Shown: positions 29,155 to 38,691 of the stretch, piece by piece
How positions within the stretch are numbered: position 1 is the stretch's first letter
How the letters are laid out: each line of letters opens with the position of its first letter
Assembly (NCBI GenBank): GCA_963663765.2
Contig: CAXXUA010000003.1
Location: 544,001 to 608,000 of the forward strand
Length of the DNA stretch: 64,000 bases
Source: Candidatus Poribacteria bacterium
GTDB lineage: Bacteria > Poribacteria > WGA-4E > WGA-3G
Direction: 5' to 3'
Made by a program: the position numbers and the translations under genes
Notes under the pieces: generated by a model
The model's database searches: none
What the model was told of the DNA's origin: nothing
Seen by the model: only the letters and a program-made list of their open reading frames with translations

Positions 29155-32100
29155 CTATTTTAAAATAACCATTTTACGCAGGAAAGACACACTGTCTGCC
29201 TGCAGTTGATAAACATAGATACCGTTTGCCACTCGTTCACCGAGATTGTTCCGACCATCCCAATGCGCAGCACTGCTTCGGGTTTTGTAGTATCCTGCCC
29301 GCTGATGCCCCAAGTCCAGTCGACGCACAATAACGCCACGAGCATCGTAAATCGTAATCTGCACGTTGCTGGCATTTGCCAACTGATACGGTATCCACGT
29401 CTCAGGATTGAACGGATTGGGAAAGTTTGACAGCAAGGCGGTATTATCAGGAATTTCAGGTGATGTTTGAACGGATGGCGCAGCATTGGCTACATCGGTG
29501 ACATTGATTGTAACGGTGATGATATCAAGACCGTTTTTCCCATCATCAACAGATACTGTTACCGTATAGGATGTCTTTATTTCATAATCAAGTGTAGCCT
29601 TCGTTTGTAGCTGCCCGCTTGTGCTAACAATATCAAACGAAGCAGCATCCGTGCCGCTGAGTGAATATGTAAGTGTATCACTGGTATCTGAATCCGTTGC
29701 AGCCACTGGTGTGCCGATGCTTTGACCGGCTTCTGTATTTTCTGCAACGGATCGGGTGGTGCTGTCTCCGTCAGGAAACACAGGCGGGTTGTTATTAATG
29801 TCAATATTAATGTCAATATTAGGATTATTTTCCTTGAGTCTGCGGAGCGGACCGTAATCTGAAATCGGGTTTCCGATGATATATAATGTATTCAGTGAAG
29901 TCAAACCTTCAAGTTCAGAGACATCACTGATTTGGTTACTGCTGAGAGATAATTTTTTCAGTTTTGTGTTATTATCAAACACACCAGTGGGTAATGAGGT
30001 CAGAGCATTACTGCCTATCCAAAGATCTTTCAGTTTTGTGTTATTGTCAAACACACCAGTAGGTAACGAAGTCAGATCATTGCTGCCCAGCGCAAGTTCT
30101 CTTAGATTTGTGTTATTATCAAACACATTAGCAGGCAACGAAGTCAGCGCGTTGCTGCCCAGCACAAGCCATTCCAGTTTTGTGTTATTGTCAAACACAT
30201 TAGTGGGTAACGAAGTCAGCTCGTTGCGGCTTAGCCAAAGATCTTTCAGTTCAGTGTTATTGTCAAACACATTAGCGGGCAAAGAGGTCAGATCGTTGTT
30301 GTTCAGCGTAAGCCATTCCAGTTTTGTATTGTTGTTAAACACATTAGCGGGTAATGCGGTCAGATCGTTATTGTTCAGAGCTAGGTCTGTCAGATTTATG
30401 TTATTGTCAAACACATTAGCGGGTAATGCGGTCAGATCGTTATTGTCCAGAGATAGGTATGTCAGATTTGTGTTATTGTCAAACACATTAGCGGGTAACG
30501 AAGTCAGATCGTTATGATACAGGTAGAGATCTGTTAGTTTTGTGTTATTGTCAAACACATTAGCGGACAATGCGGTCAGATCGTTATCAGACAGGTAGAG
30601 GTCTGTCAGTTTTGTATTATTGTCAAACACATTAGCGGGTAAAGAGGTCAGACCGTTATGATACAGGTAGAGTTCTGTCAGTTTTGTGTTATTGTCAAAC
30701 ACACCAGCGGGTAACGAGGTCAGACCGTTAAAATGCAGCAATAGAGTTTTCAGTTTTGTATTATTGTCAAAGACACCAGCGGGTAACGAGGTCAGATCGT
30801 TTTTATACAGACTGATCCCTGTGAGTTTCGTGAGTTTGCCGAATACATCAGATCGCAACGAATTCAGTCCACTCCCACCAAACGAAAGGTATGTCAGTTT
30901 TGTGTTATTGTCAAACACTCCAGCGGGTAACGTTGTAAAATAGCATCCACCCAGTTCAATGGATCTCAGTTCAGTGTTTTCGTCAAAGACACCAGCGGGT
31001 AAAGATTTTAGACCGGTGTAGTAAAGACTAAGAGTTCTTAGCGCGGTCATACCGGAGAAATCACCTACTTTCAATGTGTTCATTTTTTTGTTATAAAGAT
31101 TCAGATCATCAATCTGCTGAAGATGTTCTGATGTCACATCTTCAGCAGAATCCACACCTGCTGCCTTCACGATTGCATTCCGCACATGTGATGTGCGTTC
31201 ACTGATTGGGACAATTATAGTTTCTGTCACGTCAGTGACATTGATAGTGACCGTGATTTCATCCTCGCCACTATTGCCATCAGAGACAGAAATGGTTACC
31301 GTATAAGAGGTTTTTGTTTCATAATCAAGTGCAGCATTCGTCTGTAGCTGCCCGCTCGTGTTGACGATGCTAAACGATGTCGCATCCGTACCACTGAGAG
31401 TATATGTAAGCGTATCGTTATCCGCATCGGTTGCAGCAACAGGGTCTCCGATGTTCTGCTCAGATTCCGTATTTTCCACAACTGACCGGGTTGTGCTATC
31501 GCCATCGGTGAATTCAGGGGTACGGTTTTCGTCCACATCAGTGACACTAATAGTGACCGTGATACTATCTCTACCACCATTCCCATCAGACACTGTGATT
31601 GTCAAGGAATAAGATGTCTTGGTTTCATAATTTATGGCTGATCTTGTTAGCAGCTGCCCGTTTGTAGTGTTAATGCTAAATGAGGCAGCATCCGTCCCAC
31701 TGAAACTATAAGTAAGATCATCGTCATCTGCATCGGTTGCCCCAATCGCACTCCCGATATTCACGCCGGATCCCGTATTCTCCGCAACAGAGCGGGTTAT
31801 GCTATCGCCATCTGTAAACACAGGTGCGCGGTTCTCGTCCACATCCGCCACATTGATTGTAATATCAATTTCGTCTGTGAGTGTTCCATCAGACACAGTG
31901 ATTGTGACAGAATAGGAGTCTTTTGTTTCGTAATCCAGAGCGGCTTTCGTTCGCAAATGTCCTGAGCTGCTATCAATGCCAAACGAGGCAGCATCCGTTC
32001 CACCGAGACTATAAGTAAGCGTATCGTCATCTGCATCGGTTGCCCCAATCGCACTCCCGATATTCACGCCGGACCCCGTATTCTCCGCAACAGAGCGGGT

Positions 32101-35100
32101 TGTGCTATCGCCATCTGTAAACACAGGTGCGCGGTTCTCATCCACATCCGCCACATTGATGGTAATATCGATTTCGTCTGTGAGTGTTCCATCAGACACG
32201 GTGATTGTGACAGAATAGGAGTCTTTTGTTTCGTAATCCAGAGCGGCTTTCGTTCGCAACTGTCCTGAGCTACTATCAATGCTAAATGAGGCAGCATCCG
32301 TCCCACCGAGACTATAAGTAAGATCATCGTCATCTGCATCGGTTGCCCCAATCACACTCCCGATATTCACGCCGGACCCCGTATTTTCCGCAACGGAACG
32401 CGTTGTGCTATCGCCATCTGTAAACACGGGTGCGCGGTTCTCGTCCACATCCGCCACATTGATTGTAATGCTATCGCCATCTGTAAACACAGGCTCGCGA
32501 TTCTCGTCTACATCACTCACATTGATGGTAATGTCAATCGTATCTGTGAGTGTGCCATCGGAGACAATGATTGTTACTAAATAACGAGCTTTGGTTTCAT
32601 AATCCAAGGCAGTTTTAGTTTGCAGTTGTCCTGTCGTGTTAACAATGTCAAACGACGATGCATCCGTGCCACCGAGTGAATATGTCAAGGTATCGCCATC
32701 GTCCGGATCGGTTGCTGATAACGCTCCACCGATATTCACTCTAGCCGCCGTATTCTCCGCGATAGACAGGGTAGTGTCGGTATTAGCAGCAATGACAGGT
32801 GCTTCATTGACATCCGTGACGTTAATTGTGACTGTGATTGTGTCTGTGTCACTACCATCTGTTACGGTGACAACAACTGTATAAGACGATTTCGTTTCAT
32901 GGTTCAGGGCAGCGTTCGTTTTCAGTTGCCCGTTTGTGTCGTCAATGCTAAACGAGGACGCATCTGTTCCACTCAGCAGGTACGCGAGCCTATTGTTATC
33001 CGCGTCTGTCGCAGCAATAGGTGTACCGATGTTTTTGTCTGCTGCTGTATTCTCAACAATAGATCGCTTTGTGCTTGTCCCATCTGTAAATACGGGTGGG
33101 TTGTTTGATGGTGTCTCGTCAAGGTTCGTGATGTTGATGGTAACTGTAATGGAGTCCGTAAGACTTCCATCAGAGACAGTAATTGTCACCGAGTAGACTT
33201 TTTTGGATTCATAGTCAAGCGTCGCTTTCGTCTTTAACTGTCCTTTTGTGCTGTCTAAACTAAACGACGCTATATCCGTGCCGCCCAGCGTATAGGTCAG
33301 TTTACTCCCTTCTGGATCAACAGCAGAAACAGCACTTCCGATGTTTATGTCTGCAGCAACATTCTCAGCGATTGAGCGGGTTGTGCTATCGCCATCAGAA
33401 ATCGCAGGTGCTTCGTTGACATTGGTAACGTTAATGGTAACGGAGATGCTATCTGTGTCCGTACCGTCTGAGGCAGTGACAGATACCGAGTAGGAGGATT
33501 TGCTCTCATAGTCCAACGTTTCGCTGGTTTTCAGTTGTCCTGAATAGCTATCAATGCTAAAAGAAGACGCATCGGTGCCACTGAGACTATAAGTCAATTC
33601 ATCATTGTCCGCATCAGTCGCAGCAACAGCACCACCGATGTCTACACCCGGACCCGTATTCTCTGTTACAGTGAGGGTCGTGCTACTCCCTCCTGTAAAC
33701 TCCGGTGCGGTGTTTGTTGGCGTTTCGTCTACATCGGAAACATTTATCGTTACGGTGATACTATCACTACCACCGTTGCCATCAGATACACTGATTGTCA
33801 CCGAATAGGAGAACTTCGTTTCATAGTCCAGCGATGCACTTGTCCGCAACTGCCCCGAACTGCTATCAATGCTAAATGCCCCTGCATCTGTGCCGCTAAG
33901 GGTATAGGTGAGTGTATCACCATCCGTATCTGAAGCAGATACCGCAGTGCCGATATTGACACCAGAGCCTGTGTTTTCAGTGATGGAACGTGTTGTGCTA
34001 TCGCCGTCTGAAAACACAGGGACGTTATTTAGAGGCGTTTCGTCTACGTCCGTAACATTAATTGTGACCGAGATACTATCAGTCCCGTTATTGCCATCAG
34101 ACACAGTGATTGTCACGGAATACGACGACTTCGTTTCATAGTCAAGGGACGCATCGGTTCGCAGTTGTCCTGTTGTGCTATCAATACTAAACGAGCCCTT
34201 ATCCAGACCACCCAGTGTATAAGTCAATGTATGTCCGTCCGTATCGGTGGCTGATACAGCTTTCCCAATGTCAACACCAGCACCAGTGTTTTCCGCAACT
34301 GAGCGGGTGATGCTATCGCCATCTGTGAACTCTGGCGCGTTGTTTGTTGATGTGGTTTCAGGTTCCCCCGTTGTTATACGACTATCCGTTACGGTTTTCT
34401 CATCCACATCTGTGACGTAGATTGTGACGTTAATCGTATCTGTGAGATTGCCATCTGAGACAGTTACCACCACTGAGTATGAGTTTTTAGTTTCATAATC
34501 AAGGGACGCTTTTGTTTTCAACTGTCCCGTTGCGGTATCAATGGCAAATGATGAGGCATCTGTACCCCCGATGCTGTAGGTAAGTGGATCGTCATTCGTA
34601 TCAGTTGCAGCAACCGGTTCACCAATATTTTCTCCTGCAGCCGTGTTCTCTGCGATGGGTCGCGTTGCGCTTGTGCCTTCTGTAAACACAGGTGCGCGGT
34701 TTTCATCCACATCCGTGACGTTGATTGTGACGTTAATCGTATCTGTGAGATTGCCATCTGAGACAGTTATCATCACCGAGTATGAGTTTTTAATTTCATA
34801 ATCAAGGGACGCTTTTGTTTTCAACTGTCCCGTTGCGGAATCAATGGCAAATGCTGTTGCGTCTGTTCCACCAAGGCTATAGGTGAGCGTATCGTCATCC
34901 GCATCAGTTGCAGCAACCGGTTCACCAATATTTTCTCCTGTAGCCGTATTCTCTGCAATAGATCGAGTTGTACTTGTACCTTCCGTAAACACCGGTGCGC
35001 GGTTTTCATCTACATCCGTGACGTTGATTGTGATGTTAATCGTATCTGTGAGACTACCGTCTGAGACAGTTATCATCACCGAGTATGAGTTTTTGGTTTC

Positions 35101-37479
35101 ATAATCAAGGGACGCTTTTGTTTTCAACTGTCCCGTTGCGGTTTCAATGGCAAATGATGATGCATCTGTCCCACCCAGTGAATAAGTCAGAGTGTCGTCG
35201 TTAGCATCTGTGGCAGTGATCGCAGTGCTAATATCTATGCCTGCCGCCGTGTTCTCTGCGATTACGCGCGTAGTAGATGACCCATCTGTAAACATAGGTG
35301 CTACATTTATACGTTTGAATATTTCCAGAGGTAAACCATCAGGTTTCACAAGTGTGTAACCACTATGTGTTGCGGGTAAACTCGGCATCGTTTCAATATC
35401 TACCGTAACTGCATCCGTCGTCCCGGCAGTGCGGTTCACGAGGAAAGGGACACTCACCGCACTACCTTTTGAGATCATGATGTTGTCTACACCAATACTC
35501 CCATTTTCGACGGAGATTTGTAGATTCATATCAAACGGTGCACCTGGTGGCACAACAGCTCTCACTTGGTTTTCACCGACTTTTTCCAGTGTTACAGTCA
35601 AAGGTATAGATGAAACCGAATTCCCACTCAAGTTGAGATGATCTAATGATGTCAATCCAACAAAAATACCATTGGGTAGGTTTGTGAGTTGATTATTACT
35701 GAGATTAAGCGTTGTAAGTGAAAGCAGACCAGAGAAATCGCTTGCATCCAATGATGTGATTGACGTGCCACTGAGATTGAGAGTGGTTATTGTTGCAAGG
35801 TGGATGTTGCTTACATTACGGCAATCGGTTACATCCGGCACTGCATCGGTAATCGCTTCAATAACTTGGAGCGTGCGGTTACAAACATCAGATTTGGCAA
35901 GTATATAACCGAAATGGTTGGCTGGCAATACCGGTAACTCCCCGATGCTTGGCGTGCCTACATACGTAAAACTTTCACTTGTCACGCTGCCTTTTGGGAT
36001 CGTGACCATCAGGGAATTGTTGATAGGCAAAACAATGTCAAACGGCGCACCTGTTGATATAACAGCTCGGAACTGATTGTCTGACACCTGTTGTAATGAC
36101 ACAAGGAGTGGCATCGGAGCAACGGTGTTGCCTCCTAATCGGAGCGTCGTCAGCGATATAAGACCTTCAAATATACCATTCGGCAGAATGCTCAGCAGGT
36201 TACCATACAGATTTAAACTTGTGAGTCCTGTCAAACCGGCAAAATCACCTGATTTTAGCTCAGAAATACCCGCAGATCGTAAATTCAGGCTTGTAATTGC
36301 TGCGAGATGTGCACCAGTTACTTCCTCAGCAGAAGTTATTCCGGAGACCGCAGCAACAATAGCATCACGCACTTGCGGTGTACGCTTACTGACAGGCAGT
36401 GATGTTGCGGCTAAATCCATATCCGCTACGTCTATGACACTGACAATAACAGTGATGGTATTTGTGAGACTACCGTCAGATACAGTGACTGCCACCGTAT
36501 AGATGCTCTTTATTTCATAATCCAATGATGCACTTGTTTTCAACTGTCCTGTCGCACTATCGATCTCAAAAGCTGCTGCGTCAGTCCCGCTAAGTGTATA
36601 GCTCAAGGAGTCGTCATTGGCATCAGTTGCAGCAATCGCTGTGCCGATATTGACATCTGATGCAGTATTCTCTACTACTGATCGGATGGCGATTATGCCA
36701 TCTGTGAACACTGGCACGGCAGCTTCCTTTACTGGCAGCGGGGTGACTTCATCAGGTGGATCTACTGGGTCAACAGGCGGTGTAATAACTACTGCACCTA
36801 TAACTTCAATCGGGAGATCGTCTGATTTAGATAAAGTATAGCCGTAATGATTACTCGGCAGATTTGGCAATGTCCCGATGTCCGCAGTAACAGCATCGGT
36901 AGTGCCTGCGGTGCGAGTAACCGTCAAAGTATCGCTTTCCACGCTCCCCTTGGCAATCGTGAGTGTCGTTGCACTGTCAACTATACTGCCGTTAGTGACA
37001 CTAACCGGCAAGACAATATCAAATGGTGACCCTGTTGGTACAACTGCTTTGAACCGACCACCACTGTCTCCGACCCTTTCAAGCGAAACTGTTATTGGTA
37101 AAGGATGAACTGTGTTACCACCTAATCGAAGCGTTGTTAAAGCAGTCAATCCTTCAAAGATACCATCTGGAAGCTTGCTTAGCATATTACCGTATAGATT
37201 TAGGGTTGTTAGCCCAGTTAGCCCCGAAAGATCGCCTGATTTTAGGGCAGTAATCCCTTTGGAGCGTAGGTTGAGACTGGTGATGGTGGTGAGGTGTGTT
37301 TCGGTTACATCCGTAGCAGAAGTAACACCTGCTGCCGCTATGATCGCTTCACGCACCTGCGGCGTGCGATCATTGACAGGTGGTATCTCAGCATACACCA
37401 TGAGAAATGGACTAAATACTATCAATAGTGACCTGAAAATAGATATAGTATACTTGAGATTTACCGCCTGCGTTTTCAT
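29155..37479 (-). CDS. Giant secreted LRR + cadherin-repeat protein 1 (about 2770 aa) with FlgD-Ig/T9SS-like CTD
   Basis: Signal peptide; ERTPQVRDAI-capped LRR/Ig modules; many cadherin repeats (ENT..ATD.D..LDYE..DVDEN.APVF); about sixteen 24-aa LRRs; NFPNPFNPETWIPYQL. Confidence 0.92.
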   Translation of the reverse strand: MKTQAVNLKYTISIFRSLLIVFSPFLMVYAEIPPVNDRTPQVREAIIAAAGVTSATDVTETHLTTITSLNLRSKGITALKSGDLSGLTGLTTLNLYGNMLSKLPDGIFEGLTALTTLRLGGNTVHPLPITVSLERVGDSGGRFKAVVPTGSPFDIVLPVSVTNGSIVDSATTLTIAKGSVESDTLTVTRTAGTTDAVTADIGTLPNLPSNHYGYTLSKSDDLPIEVIGAVVITPPVDPVDPPDEVTPLPVKEAAVPVFTDGIIAIRSVVENTASDVNIGTAIAATDANDDSLSYTLSGTDAAAFEIDSATGQLKTSASLDYEIKSIYTVAVTVSDGSLTNTITVIVSVIDVADMDLAATSLPVSKRTPQVRDAIVAAVSGITSAEEVTGAHLAAITSLNLRSAGISELKSGDFAGLTGLTSLNLYGNLLSILPNGIFEGLISLTTLRLGGNTVAPMPLLVSLQQVSDNQFRAVISTGAPFDIVLPINNSLMVTIPKGSVTSESFTYVGTPSIGELPVLPANHFGYILAKSDVCNRTLQVIEAITDAVPDVTDCRNVSNIHLATITTLNLSGTSITSLDASDFSGLLSLTTLNLSNNQLTNLPNGIFVGLTSLDHLNLSGNSVSSIPLTVTLEKVGENQVRAVVPPGAPFDMNLQISVENGSIGVDNIMISKGSAVSVPFLVNRTAGTTDAVTVDIETMPSLPATHSGYTLVKPDGLPLEIFKRINVAPMFTDGSSTTRVIAENTAAGIDISTAITATDANDDTLTYSLGGTDASSFAIETATGQLKTKASLDYETKNSYSVMITVSDGSLTDTINITINVTDVDENRAPVFTEGTSTTRSIAENTATGENIGEPVAATDADDDTLTYSLGGTDATAFAIDSATGQLKTKASLDYEIKNSYSVMITVSDGNLTDTINVTINVTDVDENRAPVFTEGTSATRPIAENTAAGENIGEPVAATDTNDDPLTYSIGGTDASSFAIDTATGQLKTKASLDYETKNSYSVVVTVSDGNLTDTINVTIYVTDVDEKTVTDSRITTGEPETTSTNNAPEFTDGDSITRSVAENTGAGVDIGKAVSATDTDGHTLTYTLGGLDKGSFSIDSTTGQLRTDASLDYETKSSYSVTITVSDGNNGTDSISVTINVTDVDETPLNNVPVFSDGDSTTRSITENTGSGVNIGTAVSASDTDGDTLTYTLSGTDAGAFSIDSSSGQLRTSASLDYETKFSYSVTISVSDGNGGSDSITVTINVSDVDETPTNTAPEFTGGSSTTLTVTENTGPGVDIGGAVAATDADNDELTYSLSGTDASSFSIDSYSGQLKTSETLDYESKSSYSVSVTASDGTDTDSISVTINVTNVNEAPAISDGDSTTRSIAENVAADINIGSAVSAVDPEGSKLTYTLGGTDIASFSLDSTKGQLKTKATLDYESKKVYSVTITVSDGSLTDSITVTINITNLDETPSNNPPVFTDGTSTKRSIVENTAADKNIGTPIAATDADNNRLAYLLSGTDASSFSIDDTNGQLKTNAALNHETKSSYTVVVTVTDGSDTDTITVTINVTDVNEAPVIAANTDTTLSIAENTAARVNIGGALSATDPDDGDTLTYSLGGTDASSFDIVNTTGQLQTKTALDYETKARYLVTIIVSDGTLTDTIDITINVSDVDENREPVFTDGDSITINVADVDENRAPVFTDGDSTTRSVAENTGSGVNIGSVIGATDADDDDLTYSLGGTDAASFSIDSSSGQLRTKAALDYETKDSYSVTITVSDGTLTDEIDITINVADVDENRAPVFTDGDSTTRSVAENTGSGVNIGSAIGATDADDDTLTYSLGGTDAASFGIDSSSGHLRTKAALDYETKDSYSVTITVSDGTLTDEIDITINVADVDENRAPVFTDGDSITRSVAENTGSGVNIGSAIGATDADDDDLTYSFSGTDAASFSINTTNGQLLTRSAINYETKTSYSLTITVSDGNGGRDSITVTISVTDVDENRTPEFTDGDSTTRSVVENTESEQNIGDPVAATDADNDTLTYTLSGTDATSFSIVNTSGQLQTNAALDYETKTSYTVTISVSDGNSGEDEITVTINVTDVTETIIVPISERTSHVRNAIVKAAGVDSAEDVTSEHLQQIDDLNLYNKKMNTLKVGDFSGMTALRTLSLYYTGLKSLPAGVFDENTELRSIELGGCYFTTLPAGVFDNNTKLTYLSFGGSGLNSLRSDVFGKLTKLTGISLYKNDLTSLPAGVFDNNTKLKTLLLHFNGLTSLPAGVFDNNTKLTELYLYHNGLTSLPANVFDNNTKLTDLYLSDNDLTALSANVFDNNTKLTDLYLYHNDLTSLPANVFDNNTNLTYLSLDNNDLTALPANVFDNNINLTDLALNNNDLTALPANVFNNNTKLEWLTLNNNDLTSLPANVFDNNTELKDLWLSRNELTSLPTNVFDNNTKLEWLVLGSNALTSLPANVFDNNTNLRELALGSNDLTSLPTGVFDNNTKLKDLWIGSNALTSLPTGVFDNNTKLKKLSLSSNQISDVSELEGLTSLNTLYIIGNPISDYGPLRRLKENNPNIDINIDINNNPPVFPDGDSTTRSVAENTEAGQSIGTPVAATDSDTSDTLTYSLSGTDAASFDIVSTSGQLQTKATLDYEIKTSYTVTVSVDDGKNGLDIITVTINVTDVANAAPSVQTSPEIPDNTALLSNFPNPFNPETWIPYQLANASNVQITIYDARGVIVRRLDLGHQRAGYYKTRSSAAHWDGRNNLGERVANGIYVYQLQADSVSFLRKMVILK

Positions 37480-37700
37480 GTTCAACTCCTTTCCTTAAAT
37501 ATTGTTGTTTCGTGGTAGAATGACTATAAAGAACATATAACCAGCAATTAATATTAATAAATCAACAGTTAATAGTATTGACTTAATATGGCTATTAGAA
37601 TAAAATAACTTGATTTGTAGTGCGGAGTCTCTGATACTCTGCACAGCAATAAAGGTGAGACGTGTCATGGAAAAGGTAAAAACCCACGTCCCATAAGTTT

Positions 37701-38500
37701 TTACATACGCTTAATTTTACCCCAAGTAGTTGTAAGTTTTTCTAAAGGAGTAACCGACGTAACGTTTACCCTCAACATTTCAATCTCTCTTTCACTTAAA
37801 CTTCTATTATACAAACGAAATTCATCAACTAATCCCAACCAAGAACCATTTGTATCTTTAGCACCTTTACCGACTATGAGTTTTACAACATCAGACACTT
37901 CGCCTTCAGTCGCATCACTATTATGCGTAGGGTGTCATCAAATATACCATTGATATACATAGACAGTTTTTGACCGCTTTTCCAAGAATATGCGATGTGC
38001 TGCCATTCCGTTGTTTGCGCATCTCTTTTACTTTCATAGGTTTGCGTGCCGCCCGTTGTTGTCAAGGACGCTTTGATAAAGTTTACACCACCCTTAACAT
38101 CCCAACTTGATTTGTCATAACGAAGACCGAAAATCCTGTCTTGACCGTCCGGTTCAATACCCATGACGAACCCTCTGTCATGATTGATTTCACTTGCTTT
38201 CACCCAAACAGAAACAGTGAAAGCAGTAAGACCATTGATATAGTCCGAACCGTTTTCATTTTCAACACAGCTATCATTACCATTAAAATTAAGAGTGCCT
38301 CCATGCCTGCCTTCCGTAGTGAGCCATTCAGCACCGCCTATCAGTTCAGCATTGTTGTGGTTTCCACTATTATCAGACACATCGTTACCTTTCCCTTCGT
38401 CAAACGGATAGTGAACGATTAAACCATCCTGTAGGTCTGCTGCCACAACAGAGCAGAGCAGAGACATAATAATCACCAAAAACACTAATTGCTTTAACAT
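37701..38500 (-). pseudogene. LamG protein with a frameshift near 37935, paralog of 53429-54226
   Basis: The two ORF pieces join to give DDxxTHNSDATEGEVSDVVKLIVGKG...KLTTTWGKIK. Confidence 0.85.
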
Positions 38501-38574
38501 AAGTTAACTCTTTTTTTAGAATCGAGAGGTACAACTTGCCCTCTCGCGTTAGTTGTAGTGGAATGTCCATTCGG

Positions 38575-38662
38575 ACATTGTAGGTAGAGTAGAACGTTCG
38601 AAACCTGATACGCATTTACTTATCATCAGTAAAGTCAGGTTTCGTGCCCCTACCCTACAGTA
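38575..38662. repeat. Degenerate REP doublet
   Basis: TGTAGGTAGAG...CGAAACCTGA/TCAGGTTTCG...CTACCCTACA inverted arrangement. Confidence 0.5.
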
Positions 38663-38691
38663 TAGGAATAGACAGACCAGTAGGTTACTTC

